Assembly: GCA_949282555.1 (NCBI GenBank)
Contig: CASDPK010000011.1
Location: 2,896 to 66,895, forward strand
Origin: an uncultured Lentisphaeraceae bacterium
GTDB lineage: Bacteria > Verrucomicrobiota > Kiritimatiellia > RFP12 > DVOR01
Direction: 5' to 3'
Length of the DNA: 64,000 bases
Both the position numbers and the translations under genes were made by a program. Below the pieces are notes generated by a model. The model did no database searches. It was not told the origin of the DNA and worked only from the letters and a program-made list of their open reading frames with translations. Of this stretch, positions 30,597 through 42,224 are shown in pieces. Position 1 is the stretch's first letter, and each line of letters begins with the position of its first letter.

Positions 30597-31601
30597 ATGC
30601 CCATGAAAAAGTTTATGAATGACCCCGCGAACCTCACCGCTGAGATGCTTGAGGGTCTCGCGATGGCCTACGCTGACAAGGTCCGGGTGGTCAACGAGCG
30701 CATTGTGGTGCGCGCGCATCCCAAGGCCCAAGACAAAGTGGCCCTGATATGCTTCGGCGGTACCGGCCACGAGCCTGCCATGCATGGTTTTGTGGGTGAA
30801 GGCATGGCCGATGCCGCCGTCGCGGGCGACGTCTTTGCCGCACCCGGCGGTCCCAAGGTCTTCGAGGCCATTGAGATGTTTGCCCGCCCTGCCGGCGTTA
30901 TCCTGCTCACGCTCAATCACAACGGCGACCGCATGGCGGCCCGCAAGGCGTTGCGCCTTGCCGAGAAGGCCGGCCTCAACGTCAAGGAGATCGTGGTTCA
31001 GGAAGACATTGCCCCTGGCATTGATGCCGATCCCGAGGATCGCCGCGGTCTTGGCGGGTGCATTCCGCTGATGAAGGTGATGGGCGCGGCCTGCGAGCAG
31101 GGCAAGACCATTGATGAGGTGTTGGAGATCGGCAAGGCCTTCCATGCGCATCTGGCGACCCTCTCCGTGGCGCTCAAGGTGGCCACCCATCCGCAGAACG
31201 GCGCCGAAATTGGCGCTTTGGCTGACGATGAGATGGAAATCGGCATGGGGCAGCATGGCGAAGGCGGCGGCGGCATCATGAAGGTGCAGAGCGCCGATGC
31301 GACCGCGCGTATCATGGTCGAAAAACTGATCGACGCCACCAAGCTCCAGGCGGGTGACCGTGCCCTGCTGATCATCAACGGTTCGGGCGCCACCACCACC
31401 ATGGAAATGCTCATTTGTTATCGTGCCGCCGCCAAGGTGCTGTCGGAGCGGGGAATCACGCTCATGGATGGCATTGCCGATGAACTGCTCACCGTGCAGG
31501 AGATGGCCGGCTTCCAGATGATTCTGGCGAAGGTGTGCCCCACGTGCGAGGCGCTCCTCAAGGCCAAGGCCAACACTCCGTACTGGACCTGCAACGGTTA
31601 A
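30597..31601 (+). CDS. dhaK: dihydroxyacetone kinase subunit DhaK
   Basis: Dak1 domain signature (GGTGHEPAMHGFVG, INGSGATT). Confidence 0.85.
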   Translation: MPMKKFMNDPANLTAEMLEGLAMAYADKVRVVNERIVVRAHPKAQDKVALICFGGTGHEPAMHGFVGEGMADAAVAGDVFAAPGGPKVFEAIEMFARPAGVILLTLNHNGDRMAARKALRLAEKAGLNVKEIVVQEDIAPGIDADPEDRRGLGGCIPLMKVMGAACEQGKTIDEVLEIGKAFHAHLATLSVALKVATHPQNGAEIGALADDEMEIGMGQHGEGGGGIMKVQSADATARIMVEKLIDATKLQAGDRALLIINGSGATTTMEMLICYRAAAKVLSERGITLMDGIADELLTVQEMAGFQMILAKVCPTCEALLKAKANTPYWTCNG

Positions 31602-31616
31602 GGAGATCCCGTTCCA

Positions 31617-32216
31617 ATGACGCTTGAAGCATTCAAAGCCATTTGGCGCAAGGCCCAGGAAGCCATCAACGCCAACGAAAAGCACTTCTCCGAACTGGAT
31701 GCCGCCACCGGCGGCGACGGCGACCATGGCACGGCCATCGTCGCCGCGCTGAAGGCCATCGTCCATGCTGAGGGGGATGATTTCCGGAGCTATGTCGCCG
31801 ACATGGCCGAGCGCCTTGAGACCGAGGCCTCCGGTTCCACCTCATCGCTCTATGGCGCATGGTTCGAAGGCATGGCCGATGCCGTTCCGGCCGGGGCGAC
31901 CGAGCTTGACGCCGCGGCGCTTGCCGCGATGTTTGAGGGCGGTTTCGAGGAAGTGTGCTGCCTCACCAAGGCCCGCAAGGGTGACAAGACGATGATGGAT
32001 GCGCTTCAGCCCGCCACCGAGGCTCTTGTGGCCGCGCAGGGCGAAGGCGAAGCCGCGATGTTTGCCGCCGCCGCCAAGGCCGCCCGTGCGGGTTCTGAGG
32101 CCACGGCTCAGTTGCAGGCGCGGTTCGGTCGTGCCAAGAACTTGGGCGAGCGTTCCATCGGTGCCATTGATGCGGGTTCCGCCTCGATGGCCACGATCTT
32201 CGAAGCCTTTGCTTGA
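31617..32216 (+). CDS. dhaL: dihydroxyacetone kinase subunit DhaL
   Basis: Dak2 domain (GDGDHGTAIVAAL, KGDKTMMDAL). Confidence 0.8.
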   Translation: MTLEAFKAIWRKAQEAINANEKHFSELDAATGGDGDHGTAIVAALKAIVHAEGDDFRSYVADMAERLETEASGSTSSLYGAWFEGMADAVPAGATELDAAALAAMFEGGFEEVCCLTKARKGDKTMMDALQPATEALVAAQGEGEAAMFAAAAKAARAGSEATAQLQARFGRAKNLGERSIGAIDAGSASMATIFEAFA

Positions 32217-32278
32217 TTTCCGTGCGGGCGGGACGCCCGCCCGCACCGTTTCCAACTCTCCAAACAAGGAATATTCCC

Positions 32279-33151
32279 ATGCCCGACATGGACAATTTCA
32301 AAGAAGCCTCCGCCTTTGGCGTGGGCACCCCCCAGAAGACCGTCGGTTTCCCCCTCAAGGGTTGCGGCAATTTGGATTGGGGAATGAAGAATCGCCTTGC
32401 GCGCATTTTCAACCCCAAGGACGGCCGTTCCTTGATGCTGGCCTGTGACCATGGCTTCATCATGGGCCCCACCGGCGGTGTGGAGCGTATCGATCTCTCC
32501 ATTGTGCCGCTGCTGAAGTATGCCGACTGCCTGATGTGCACCCGTGGCATTCTCCGCTCGGTCATTCCGCCCACGGCCGATATTCCCGTCTGCCTGCGTT
32601 CGGATGCCGGCACCTCCATTCTCACCAACCTCAACGACAACGTCGTCATCGCCGCCGAGGAGGCTGTGCGCGTCAACGCCGCCGCCATGGCTGTGATGGT
32701 GGCCATTGGGGATGAACTCACCGAGGCCAAGACCGTTGCCAACCTCTATCACACGGTGGATATTGGTCAGAAGTATGGCATTCCCGTGATGGGCGTCACC
32801 GCCGTGGGCAAGCAGATGACCCGCGATGCGAAGTACTTCCGCCTCGCCACGCGCATGTGCGCCGAGAACGGCGCCAACATTGTGAAGACCTACTACACCG
32901 AAGGCTTCGAGACGGTCACCTCTTCCTGCCCCGTGCCGATCGTCATCGCCGGCGGCAAGAAGGTGCCCGAGCGCGACGCCCTTGAGCTTGCCTACCGTGC
33001 CATCAACGATGGTGCCGCCGGCGTGGATATGGGCCGCAACGTCTTCCAGTCCGAGCATCCCGCCGCGATGATTCGCTCTGTCGGCGCTGTGATCCACAAG
33101 GGCCTCAAGCCCGCCGAAGCTTACGAGATGTATCAGGATCTCGCCAAGTAA
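32279..33151 (+). CDS. class I aldolase (DhnA/FbaB/LsrF family)
   Basis: TIM-barrel class-I aldolase pattern (LMLACDHGFIMGP, VKTYYTEGF, IVIAGGKK). Confidence 0.65.
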   Translation: MPDMDNFKEASAFGVGTPQKTVGFPLKGCGNLDWGMKNRLARIFNPKDGRSLMLACDHGFIMGPTGGVERIDLSIVPLLKYADCLMCTRGILRSVIPPTADIPVCLRSDAGTSILTNLNDNVVIAAEEAVRVNAAAMAVMVAIGDELTEAKTVANLYHTVDIGQKYGIPVMGVTAVGKQMTRDAKYFRLATRMCAENGANIVKTYYTEGFETVTSSCPVPIVIAGGKKVPERDALELAYRAINDGAAGVDMGRNVFQSEHPAAMIRSVGAVIHKGLKPAEAYEMYQDLAK

Positions 33152-33164
33152 GCGGGGTCATTCC

Positions 33165-33205
33165 GAAAAAAGCGCGGCCGCCCTCAAGGGTGGCCGCGTT
33201 TTTTG
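33165..33205. terminator. bidirectional rho-independent terminator
   Basis: An A-run, a GC hairpin (gcgcggccgccc/gggtggccgcg) and a T-run, between convergent genes. Confidence 0.55.
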
Positions 33206-33280
33206 TGTGAGGTGCAAGCGGTGTTGGCGGAATCACCCCTGCCGCAACAACCATCCGTTGTTGGGACAGGACATATGCGC

Positions 33281-34606
33281 TTATGGGATGGCGTTGGTTT
33301 TTGCGCTCACGTCCACACGGCGAAGGAGATCCTCCGCAAGGCGGGGCACCACGCCTCTGCGGCGGCGGACGGCCTCCGTGGCACGTGCGCCAAGCTGTTC
33401 GGCCGCCTCAGGATTGGCAAGGAGATCGAGCAACCGGGCCTCCAAGTCGGGGCGGTCGCGTCCTTGCACGATGGCTTGCTGTGCGAGCAGATCGCTCATC
33501 ACGGGGCGGAAATTCTCCGTGAAGGGGCCAACCGCCGTGGCGCATCCGCAGAGGCAAGGCTCAATCATGTTTTGCGCGCCGTGCTCGCAGAGGCTTTTGC
33601 CCACAAAGACGGTCTGCGCAAGGCCGTAAAAGCCCATCAGTTCCCCGGTGGTATCGGCCAGCAACACGGTGTCCTGCGGCTGACGGGTGGGGGAAGGCGT
33701 CTTGGATTTGCGCAGGCAGGGGAAGCCGGCGGCGACGATGGCGGTTTCCACGTCGTCGGCCTTCTCGAAATGGCGGGGCGCGATGATAAGGCGAAGGCGC
33801 GGATTGCGTGCGCGGGCCTTACGGTAGACGGTGAGCAGGAAGACGTCTTCGCCCGGCCACGTGGAGCCACCCAGCAAGAGGGGGGCCGTGGGGTCGAATC
33901 CGGCGGCGGTGAGGTATTCGCGGAGTTGCGCTTCGCGCTCCGGACTCCGCCGGGCAACGTCAAACTTCATTGACCCCGTGACGTCAATCCGCGCCTTTTC
34001 GCACCCGGCATCCTGCAACCGCTGGGCGTCAAGATCCGATTGCGCATAGACGCGCTCCAGGCGGTTGAGCACGGGCCCAAACCAGCACTTTAGGCGCCGA
34101 TAGCCGGGAGCGCTGTGATCCGAAATGCGGGCGTTGACGAGGAACGCGGGCACCCCCCGCTCCGTCGCCAAACGGATGGCATTGGGCCAAAGTTCCGTTT
34201 CCGTGATCACATAGGCCACCGGGCGGATCGCGTCAAGCGCCCGCCGCACGCACGGTGGAAAATCCAGCGGGGCATACAAAAGCACATCCCTTTCGCCGAC
34301 TTGCCGCATGGCTTGCGTCCACCCGGTGCTGCTGGTGACGGAGAGGACAAAGGCGATGCCGGGCCGCTGGCGGCGGAGCTCCTCCATGAGTTGCCCCGCC
34401 ACGGCCACCTCACCCACCGAGACCGCATGCACCCACACCCGCGGCGTGCCATCGGCGAGGCGTTCACGAATGGCCTTGGGATAACGGCCAAACCGATCCG
34501 CAAAGCGATTGGCGTATCCACCCCGTCGAAGCATTCGCGTCAGGAACTTCGGCATCATCGCCACGTAGGCCACGAAGAAGAGCAGATTGTAGAGGAACCA
34601 TTTCAT
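33281..34606 (-). CDS. waaA: 3-deoxy-D-manno-octulosonic acid (Kdo) transferase
   Basis: N-terminal membrane anchor and a GT30 family pattern (VWVHAVSVGE, ITETELWPN, GGSTWPGE). Confidence 0.85.
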   Translation of the reverse strand: MKWFLYNLLFFVAYVAMMPKFLTRMLRRGGYANRFADRFGRYPKAIRERLADGTPRVWVHAVSVGEVAVAGQLMEELRRQRPGIAFVLSVTSSTGWTQAMRQVGERDVLLYAPLDFPPCVRRALDAIRPVAYVITETELWPNAIRLATERGVPAFLVNARISDHSAPGYRRLKCWFGPVLNRLERVYAQSDLDAQRLQDAGCEKARIDVTGSMKFDVARRSPEREAQLREYLTAAGFDPTAPLLLGGSTWPGEDVFLLTVYRKARARNPRLRLIIAPRHFEKADDVETAIVAAGFPCLRKSKTPSPTRQPQDTVLLADTTGELMGFYGLAQTVFVGKSLCEHGAQNMIEPCLCGCATAVGPFTENFRPVMSDLLAQQAIVQGRDRPDLEARLLDLLANPEAAEQLGARATEAVRRRRGVVPRLAEDLLRRVDVSAKTNAIP

Positions 34607-34688
34607 GGGAAAAGTACCTGGGAAAGAGGCGGTCTGGCGTTCGGAACGATACGGGCGCACCCGATCGCGCGGCCCTTGCGGAGAATCT

Positions 34689-35147
34689 TCACCCCTGCGC
34701 GACAAGCGTGATTCGGAGATAGCCAAAGGTGGGCCGCAGAATCGCTTGAAGTTTCGGGACGAGGGAACGACTGTAATTGAAGCGGTCCGCCCGACGGGCG
34801 AGCGAAAGGGTCAGCACCCCATCCGAAAACGTTTCCGCGTTCACATGGCGGCGGGCCTCCGATGGCAACAGCCGATCCAAAGCATCATTCGCCGCCGCCA
34901 CCGGGTCATCATCGTCCGCCAGCGCTTCCGTGAGGCGGCGCAGACTCTCGGGGATGGCGCGTGCCAAACGCCGAACCTCGTAGGCCCCGAAGGCTCCGGC
35001 CATGCCGTAATCACGCGGGAGCCATTCGGGGGGAAGGGCGGAAGAAAGCCGCGGCGCGACTTCCTCCCCGGATTCCGCAGGTTCCGGCGCGGGCCGGTCA
35101 GGGACGGGGGGAAGACCTCGCGTTACGTATTCACGCCCTTTTTTCAC
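34689..35147 (-). CDS. DUF721 (DciA-like) family protein
   Basis: C-terminal DGVLTLSLARRADRFNYSRSLVPKLQAIL pattern characteristic of DUF721. The start may be the internal ATG at 35003. Confidence 0.4.
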   Translation of the reverse strand: MKKGREYVTRGLPPVPDRPAPEPAESGEEVAPRLSSALPPEWLPRDYGMAGAFGAYEVRRLARAIPESLRRLTEALADDDDPVAAANDALDRLLPSEARRHVNAETFSDGVLTLSLARRADRFNYSRSLVPKLQAILRPTFGYLRITLVAQG

Positions 35148-35164
35148 GGATCAATCCCGCGACA

Positions 35165-35878
35165 TCAGAGCGCGGCATCCATTTCCGCACGGATGGCCCG
35201 TGCGGCGGCCACGGGATCGGCGGCCTCCAAGATGGGGCGCCCGACCACGAGGTGGGTGGAACCGTCACGCACGGCGCCGGCGGGCGTGGCCACGCGCTTC
35301 TGGTCGCCCACATCCGCCCCGGCAGGGCGGACACCGGGGGTGACGAAGACGACGCTCCGACCCTGCGCCGCAGGGATGAGCACCCGGTTCATGTTGGCCA
35401 CTTCTTTGGGGGAGCAGACGATGCCGTCCGCGCCATTGGTGATGGCGAGCAACCCCATGGCTTCCACGTGGTCGGCCATGGCGCGGCCAATGCCCAAATC
35501 GGTGAGGTCACTTTGGTCAAGAGAGGTAAGCGCCGTCACGGCAAGCAACTTCGGGGCGGTTGCGCCGAAGGTCGCGGCGGCTTCCGCGGCGGCCTGAATC
35601 ATGGCCTTTCCGCCGGAGGCGTGCAACGTCATCAAGTCCACGCCAAGGCCGGCGCCAGCCTTCACGGCACGCGCGACGGTGCGGGGGATATCGTGCAGTT
35701 TGAGGTCGAGAAAGACGCGCTTGCCGGCATCCTTGACCATTCGCACCACGTCGGGGCCCTCGGCGGAGAAGAGCTCCAAGCCGATTTTGTAGAAATCCAC
35801 CGCATCGCCGAGGCGGGCAACCACACCGGCCACTTCGGCTTTGGAGGAGACATCAAGCGCAACAATAAGTTCTGCCAT
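35165..35878 (-). CDS. pyrF: orotidine 5'-phosphate decarboxylase
   Basis: LIVALDV, DFYKIGLELF and FLDLKLHDIP motifs. Confidence 0.9.
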   Translation of the reverse strand: MAELIVALDVSSKAEVAGVVARLGDAVDFYKIGLELFSAEGPDVVRMVKDAGKRVFLDLKLHDIPRTVARAVKAGAGLGVDLMTLHASGGKAMIQAAAEAAATFGATAPKLLAVTALTSLDQSDLTDLGIGRAMADHVEAMGLLAITNGADGIVCSPKEVANMNRVLIPAAQGRSVVFVTPGVRPAGADVGDQKRVATPAGAVRDGSTHLVVGRPILEAADPVAAARAIRAEMDAAL

Positions 35879-35977
35879 ATCGCAATCCTTTCAATGGCGT
35901 TGAGGATTGCCTCCAGTATAACATAGGCAAAGCCCCGCCGCTTTGCGTGGGCGGCGGGGCTCTGAGTGGGCCGAATC

Positions 35978-37744
35978 TTAGCGGGAGGCTACGGGCTCGG
36001 CGGGGCGAATGATAACCTTTGGATCTTCCACCCAGTGCTTGCCATTGAAGCGAACGGGCAGACAGGCGGCGGCCCAACACTGTTTGGAGGAGGCAAGAGG
36101 TGCGCGCACGGTGATTTCGTGCCGTCCGGCAGGCAGGGTGATGGCGATTGGCTCCCGGCACCACCACAGTTCTTCATCCACGAGGGGGATTTCATTGGCG
36201 GGGTGATGCCACGTGTCGAAGTCGTAGCGATATTTGCCGGGTTCTTTCCATTGCGGGCGGGGAATCGGCTGACCATCAATGAGCACATCACCTCCGTTGG
36301 CGTCGAGCTGCCCTTGTTTGGGGATGCCGGCCGAGAGGCGATTTGAGCGCGCGGGGCTCTCGAAGCCCACGCGCAGATGGATGGTGCGGGCTTCAGGAAG
36401 GTCGAACACGCCACGCAATTCGGCCACGGTTCCCACCTTGGCGGGAAGAAGTTTGCCACCGGCCCTTCCGCCGAAGAGGAAGGCCGCCCCTTTGAGGATG
36501 GCACCGGTGTTTTCCAGCCGCCAAGCGTGCTGCATTTGGGGAACGTAATTGAAGGGTTCACTCGCGAAGAACGCATCACGATGCGCCGCCATGCGGGGCT
36601 CGAAGGCGGCAAGGTCGCCGGGGCCATTCCAAGAGGCTTCGGCAAAGGCCAACACGGTGGGCCAGACGGCGTTATGGCGGAAAATGTTGGCTTTGTCGTC
36701 CACGTTGACGTCGGGCCAACAACACAGGATGCCGCCCTTCGCACCCTTGGGGAAGGCGTGCGTGAGGTGAAGGCGGACGATCTGTTGCGGGTCAAAGGAA
36801 TTGAGATAACCTGCCGCGGAATCCACCAACGGCGTTGTGGTGGCGGGGAGTTTTGCCGAGAGTTTCCAGCGTTGTTGCCAAGTGTCGGGGGAGAACGGCG
36901 GGAGCCCGGGAGCCCATACCATGGGCGTCCGCCCGAGGCTCCGGACATGGTTCTCAATCGCGCTCATGAAGCCTTTGGGGTCACGGATGTGCACTTCGTC
37001 TGAGCCGATGTGAAGGATCGGGCAATCCTCCTTGGGGATTTCCGCGCAGAACTCGGAAATCAGTTGCTTCAACACCTCGATGCCTTGCGGGGAATCCATC
37101 GTAAAGCCGAAGACGGGCTTGAAGAAGGCGGAGTGCCCGGGCATGTCCAGCTCGGGGATCACGCGGATATGCCGCGCCTTGGCATAAGCGATGACGTCGC
37201 GGATCTGGTCGAACGTGTACGTGTCCTCCGGGTCACGCCCCGGCTTCCGTCCCTTGGCGGAGGTGATTTGCGGGAAGACTTTGGATTCCACGCGCCAAGC
37301 CGGATTGTCCGTCAAATGCCAGTGGAAGGTGTTGAGCTTGTAGCGCGCGAAGAGATCCAATTGATGTTTGAGGCTTTCGACGCTCTGGAAGTTGCGGCCT
37401 GTGTCGTGCATGAAACCGCGGACGGCGTAACGGGGCGCATCCTCAATCTCCGCACACGGAAGCGACGTTCCCTTCGGGGCGGCGAGTTGGGCCAACGTCT
37501 GGCGCGCATAGAAAACGCCCGCAGGGCCGCCGCCCGTCACGCGAATGGCCTCCGGGGTGATGCTGAGGCGGTAGCCCTCCGACGGCAACGAGGCGTCCGT
37601 CGTCACCACAGGTTCCGCCACGGGGCGTTCCCCGCCTGTGAGACGCAAGGATGTGGGCATCGGGATCGGTGTGAGCGCCTGACCCTGGGTTGCCAAAAAC
37701 AGGGCAACGGCCAACAGCGAAAGAGCAAAGGGAAAACGTTTCAT
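35978..37744 (-). CDS. beta-N-acetylhexosaminidase (GH20)
   Basis: Signal peptide. GH20 catalytic signatures (RGFMHDTGRNF, HWHLTDN, HIGSDEV). Confidence 0.8.
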   Translation of the reverse strand: MKRFPFALSLLAVALFLATQGQALTPIPMPTSLRLTGGERPVAEPVVTTDASLPSEGYRLSITPEAIRVTGGGPAGVFYARQTLAQLAAPKGTSLPCAEIEDAPRYAVRGFMHDTGRNFQSVESLKHQLDLFARYKLNTFHWHLTDNPAWRVESKVFPQITSAKGRKPGRDPEDTYTFDQIRDVIAYAKARHIRVIPELDMPGHSAFFKPVFGFTMDSPQGIEVLKQLISEFCAEIPKEDCPILHIGSDEVHIRDPKGFMSAIENHVRSLGRTPMVWAPGLPPFSPDTWQQRWKLSAKLPATTTPLVDSAAGYLNSFDPQQIVRLHLTHAFPKGAKGGILCCWPDVNVDDKANIFRHNAVWPTVLAFAEASWNGPGDLAAFEPRMAAHRDAFFASEPFNYVPQMQHAWRLENTGAILKGAAFLFGGRAGGKLLPAKVGTVAELRGVFDLPEARTIHLRVGFESPARSNRLSAGIPKQGQLDANGGDVLIDGQPIPRPQWKEPGKYRYDFDTWHHPANEIPLVDEELWWCREPIAITLPAGRHEITVRAPLASSKQCWAAACLPVRFNGKHWVEDPKVIIRPAEPVASR

Positions 37745-37871
37745 GGGACGATTGTATCATACCTTCGGCAAATCGAGTAGCAGAAGAATCCATAATATTC
37801 TGTCGAAGAAAACGTCCCATCATGGCAACCGTTGTGCCATGCTTTCCGAGCATGTGGGTGGAGTGGGGTGA

Positions 37872-38582
37872 TTATCGCGTGGCGCGCGCCATGATCCATT
37901 TGCGGGCTGGGCGCAACCGTGGCACGAACCACCGGAGGCTCAACCCGACCAGCAGGGCCGAGATGGCCGTGCCCTCGCGGATGCCTTCCACGTGCCCCCA
38001 CAACAACATGATGGAAAGCCCTATCGCCAATATCACCAAAGACACGTCAAACGTCAGCTTCACCCATGCCAATGGCGCATGGAGGCGCCGGCACAGGGCC
38101 TTCACAAAACCTTCGCCGGGAACGAACAGCAAATCCGCGTGAATCTCCAAGGCCACGCCGGCCGCGAGAAGAAGGCTTCCCAGCGTCACCTCCAACAGAC
38201 GTATTCCATAAATGCCGCTCACCAACGGACTGCAAAGCCACATCCCTGCATCGATGAACATACCGAAAAGAAAAACGACCGCCAGCTGTCCATACTGCAC
38301 CGGAGGGAAATTGCGCCATCCGATCAGCAGTGGCTGCCCAATTACCAACAGGATGTTCACGAGAAACGTTGCCACTCCAAACGAAACCGGCACCCCGAAG
38401 GTCACAACGTAAGGAACCGCAGAAATGGGCGACGTGCCAAGACCTGCCCGGGTGGTCAGTGCCACACCAAGCCCCATCAACGCAAGCGCCGACATCAACA
38501 ACAGGCATTGGCGCGGAAAACTCGGACGATGACGCATGAGAAACTCCTTTCGAGCTTGGATCGCCCAGGCGAAGGGTCTCAA
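37872..38582 (-). CDS. YczE/YitT-like membrane protein
   Basis: Six to seven TM helices. GLG..P motif typical of the YczE family. Confidence 0.45.
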   Translation of the reverse strand: MRPFAWAIQARKEFLMRHRPSFPRQCLLLMSALALMGLGVALTTRAGLGTSPISAVPYVVTFGVPVSFGVATFLVNILLVIGQPLLIGWRNFPPVQYGQLAVVFLFGMFIDAGMWLCSPLVSGIYGIRLLEVTLGSLLLAAGVALEIHADLLFVPGEGFVKALCRRLHAPLAWVKLTFDVSLVILAIGLSIMLLWGHVEGIREGTAISALLVGLSLRWFVPRLRPARKWIMARATR

Positions 38583-38787
38583 GTGCCTCTTTTGGCGTTG
38601 GGAAAACGATTACGTTCAGGGCAGTCCGTAAAGCAAAAAACGCGCGCAACCTTACCAAATCAGTGGGTCTTTGTACAATCATAAACATTGGCGGGGGGTG
38701 TGTGAGAAATGGTCGCTTTTTCCCTCACGTCGCCCTTCCTCCTCTTTCCATGAATGTGTTATAGTCTCTGTAATCTGATAGGAGGAA

Positions 38788-39696
38788 ATGATGAAGTCGT
38801 TGCTTGTGTTTTGCTTCCTTTTCGGCGTGGTGTTGTCTCATGGTTTGTGCGGTACAAACGAGGCGGCAAGAATCGGAATGGAGAAATTGAATGCGATTTC
38901 CTTTGGTAAGGTGTTTGAATGCAGGGGTGAGTCGGTAGAAGTCAAGACGACAGACTATATCGTTGTGAACGATCTTCCTTTATGGGGAACGGAAGAACAC
39001 GTCTACAACCCAGTGAAGGTCTTCGACTTTCCGTTCCAAATCGTTTATGTCACGGACATCTACCCGCCAGGAACCGTTATAGAGGTTAGGCCGTGCAACG
39101 ATCGCAGATGGCAATACGAATATAAGAATGGTCAGCGATGCGAAATCCCCTGTCCTTATGTTTTCCCCCTCAAGCTTGAACCGGATTGGTTTGTTTGGGT
39201 GCCTGAGGGGCTTTGTGGCGCCGTCGCACAACGGTTCGCGGTTCTTTCCAAAGAGGAGATGAAGAAGTATTGGTTCGTTGGTCTTGGAAGTCAAGATTGG
39301 CGGTTTTTGCATACGGTTTTGGAACTTTTGTATGTCGTGAAGGAGAATCCGTCGCTTTGTAATGGCAAGAGTACACAGCTCTTTGAGCGAACGGCCGCTT
39401 TCTTGCGGCTTCTTCAGCGGAAGAGCATTGAAGCGTATGAGGGAATGGATTACCATTTTGCGGCACACGCCAGTTGCGTAAAAACGCGATGTGAACTTGT
39501 CGACATGTATCCTATTGTCCCAAAACAGGAAAAGTGGTGCCCACGTGATTGGAGAACGATCGCCGCGTTCGTGAATTGTTACCGTACGTTGTTACTTTAT
39601 GAGGGCGAGGAAGCAGAGCAGCTTCAGGCGTTCTTTGGGGAATATCTCAGGGAACTTCAAAAAGCGTTAGACCGTGGAGAAAGTACGCGGCTGTGA
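38788..39696 (+). CDS. hypothetical secreted Cys-rich protein (low-GC island)
   Basis: Signal peptide MMKSLLVFCFLFGVVLS. About 14 Cys. AT-rich codon usage unlike the flanks. Confidence 0.45.
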   Translation: MMKSLLVFCFLFGVVLSHGLCGTNEAARIGMEKLNAISFGKVFECRGESVEVKTTDYIVVNDLPLWGTEEHVYNPVKVFDFPFQIVYVTDIYPPGTVIEVRPCNDRRWQYEYKNGQRCEIPCPYVFPLKLEPDWFVWVPEGLCGAVAQRFAVLSKEEMKKYWFVGLGSQDWRFLHTVLELLYVVKENPSLCNGKSTQLFERTAAFLRLLQRKSIEAYEGMDYHFAAHASCVKTRCELVDMYPIVPKQEKWCPRDWRTIAAFVNCYRTLLLYEGEEAEQLQAFFGEYLRELQKALDRGESTRL

Positions 39697-39865
39697 CGAT
39701 ACGTTAGGAACGAACGAAGAGATGTCGGGCCGCCTGTCCTTTGTCGTGAGATGCACTGCATCCCCAAAAGAAGCCTCCTACTGTTCACGCATCCTACAGG
39801 AGAACACGATGGGCCACGGGGGACTATTTGACCTTGTGGAAGGGGGCAGTGTAGAATAAGGGGCT

Positions 39866-40507
39866 ATGTTCACAGGATTGGTCCAATGTATGGGCGATGT
39901 GTGCGACGTTCGGGTGCGTGGCACGGGGATGGTGCTTTCCGTGCGGGCGCCGGCGTTGGCTTCTTTGGAGGATCCGCTGAGGTTGGGGGAGAGCGTGGCC
40001 GTGAATGGCGCGTGCCTGACGGTGACGGCGGTGCGAGCGGATGGATTTGAGGCCGAGGTTCTGGAAGAGACGTTGCGGTGTACGATGTTTCGGGCGTTGT
40101 CCGTGGGGGCTCGCGTCAATTTGGAGCGTGCGCTGAGATTGGGGGATCGCTTGGGGGGGCACCTCGTTTCCGGACATGTGGATGAGGCGGGGGTGTTGCT
40201 GGCCCAACGGGCGGAGGGAGAGGACGTTGCGTTTCGTTTTGGGTGTTCGGCGGCGTTTGCGCGTGGGGTGGTGCGCAAGGGGTCGGTCGCGGTGGCGGGG
40301 GTGAGTCTGACGGTCAGCGCGGTGGGGGCGGATTGGTTTGAGGTCACGCTGATCCCGACGACGCGCCGGGAGACGACGCTGGGGGCGTTGCCCGTGGGGG
40401 GGCGCGTGAATTTGGAGGCGGACGTGCTCGGGGCTTATGTGCGCCGGGCGTTGGGCCGTGACGGATGCTCTTTGGAACAACTCATCGCCGCGGGCTTCGC
40501 GGATTAG
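39866..40507 (+). CDS. ribE: riboflavin synthase alpha subunit
   Basis: MFTGLV N-terminus. Two lumazine-binding repeats ([14 protein letters not shown]). Confidence 0.9.
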   Translation: MFTGLVQCMGDVCDVRVRGTGMVLSVRAPALASLEDPLRLGESVAVNGACLTVTAVRADGFEAEVLEETLRCTMFRALSVGARVNLERALRLGDRLGGHLVSGHVDEAGVLLAQRAEGEDVAFRFGCSAAFARGVVRKGSVAVAGVSLTVSAVGADWFEVTLIPTTRRETTLGALPVGGRVNLEADVLGAYVRRALGRDGCSLEQLIAAGFAD

Positions 40508-40521
40508 AAAGGATACACGCA

Positions 40522-42123
<1,602 letters not shown>

Positions 42124-42157
42124 GCGATGGGAGCGACGCATCGCGTATGGGTTGATG

Positions 42158-42196
42158 GAGAGGGACAGGTTCGCGCTGTCCCTCTCTTTCGTTTCA
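42158..42196 (+). terminator. rho-independent terminator after pgi
   Basis: gagagggacag-gttcgcg-ctgtccctctc hairpin followed by tttcgttt. Confidence 0.6.
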
Positions 42197-42224
42197 CAGA
42201 AAGGTGCGGCTGAATAAAGGAAAG

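Noticed and set aside
33203-33973. 256-aa plus-strand ORF overlapping waaA
   Set aside because: It is fully contained on the opposite strand of the Kdo transferase gene, which has clear family signatures. The ORF has no recognisable motifs.
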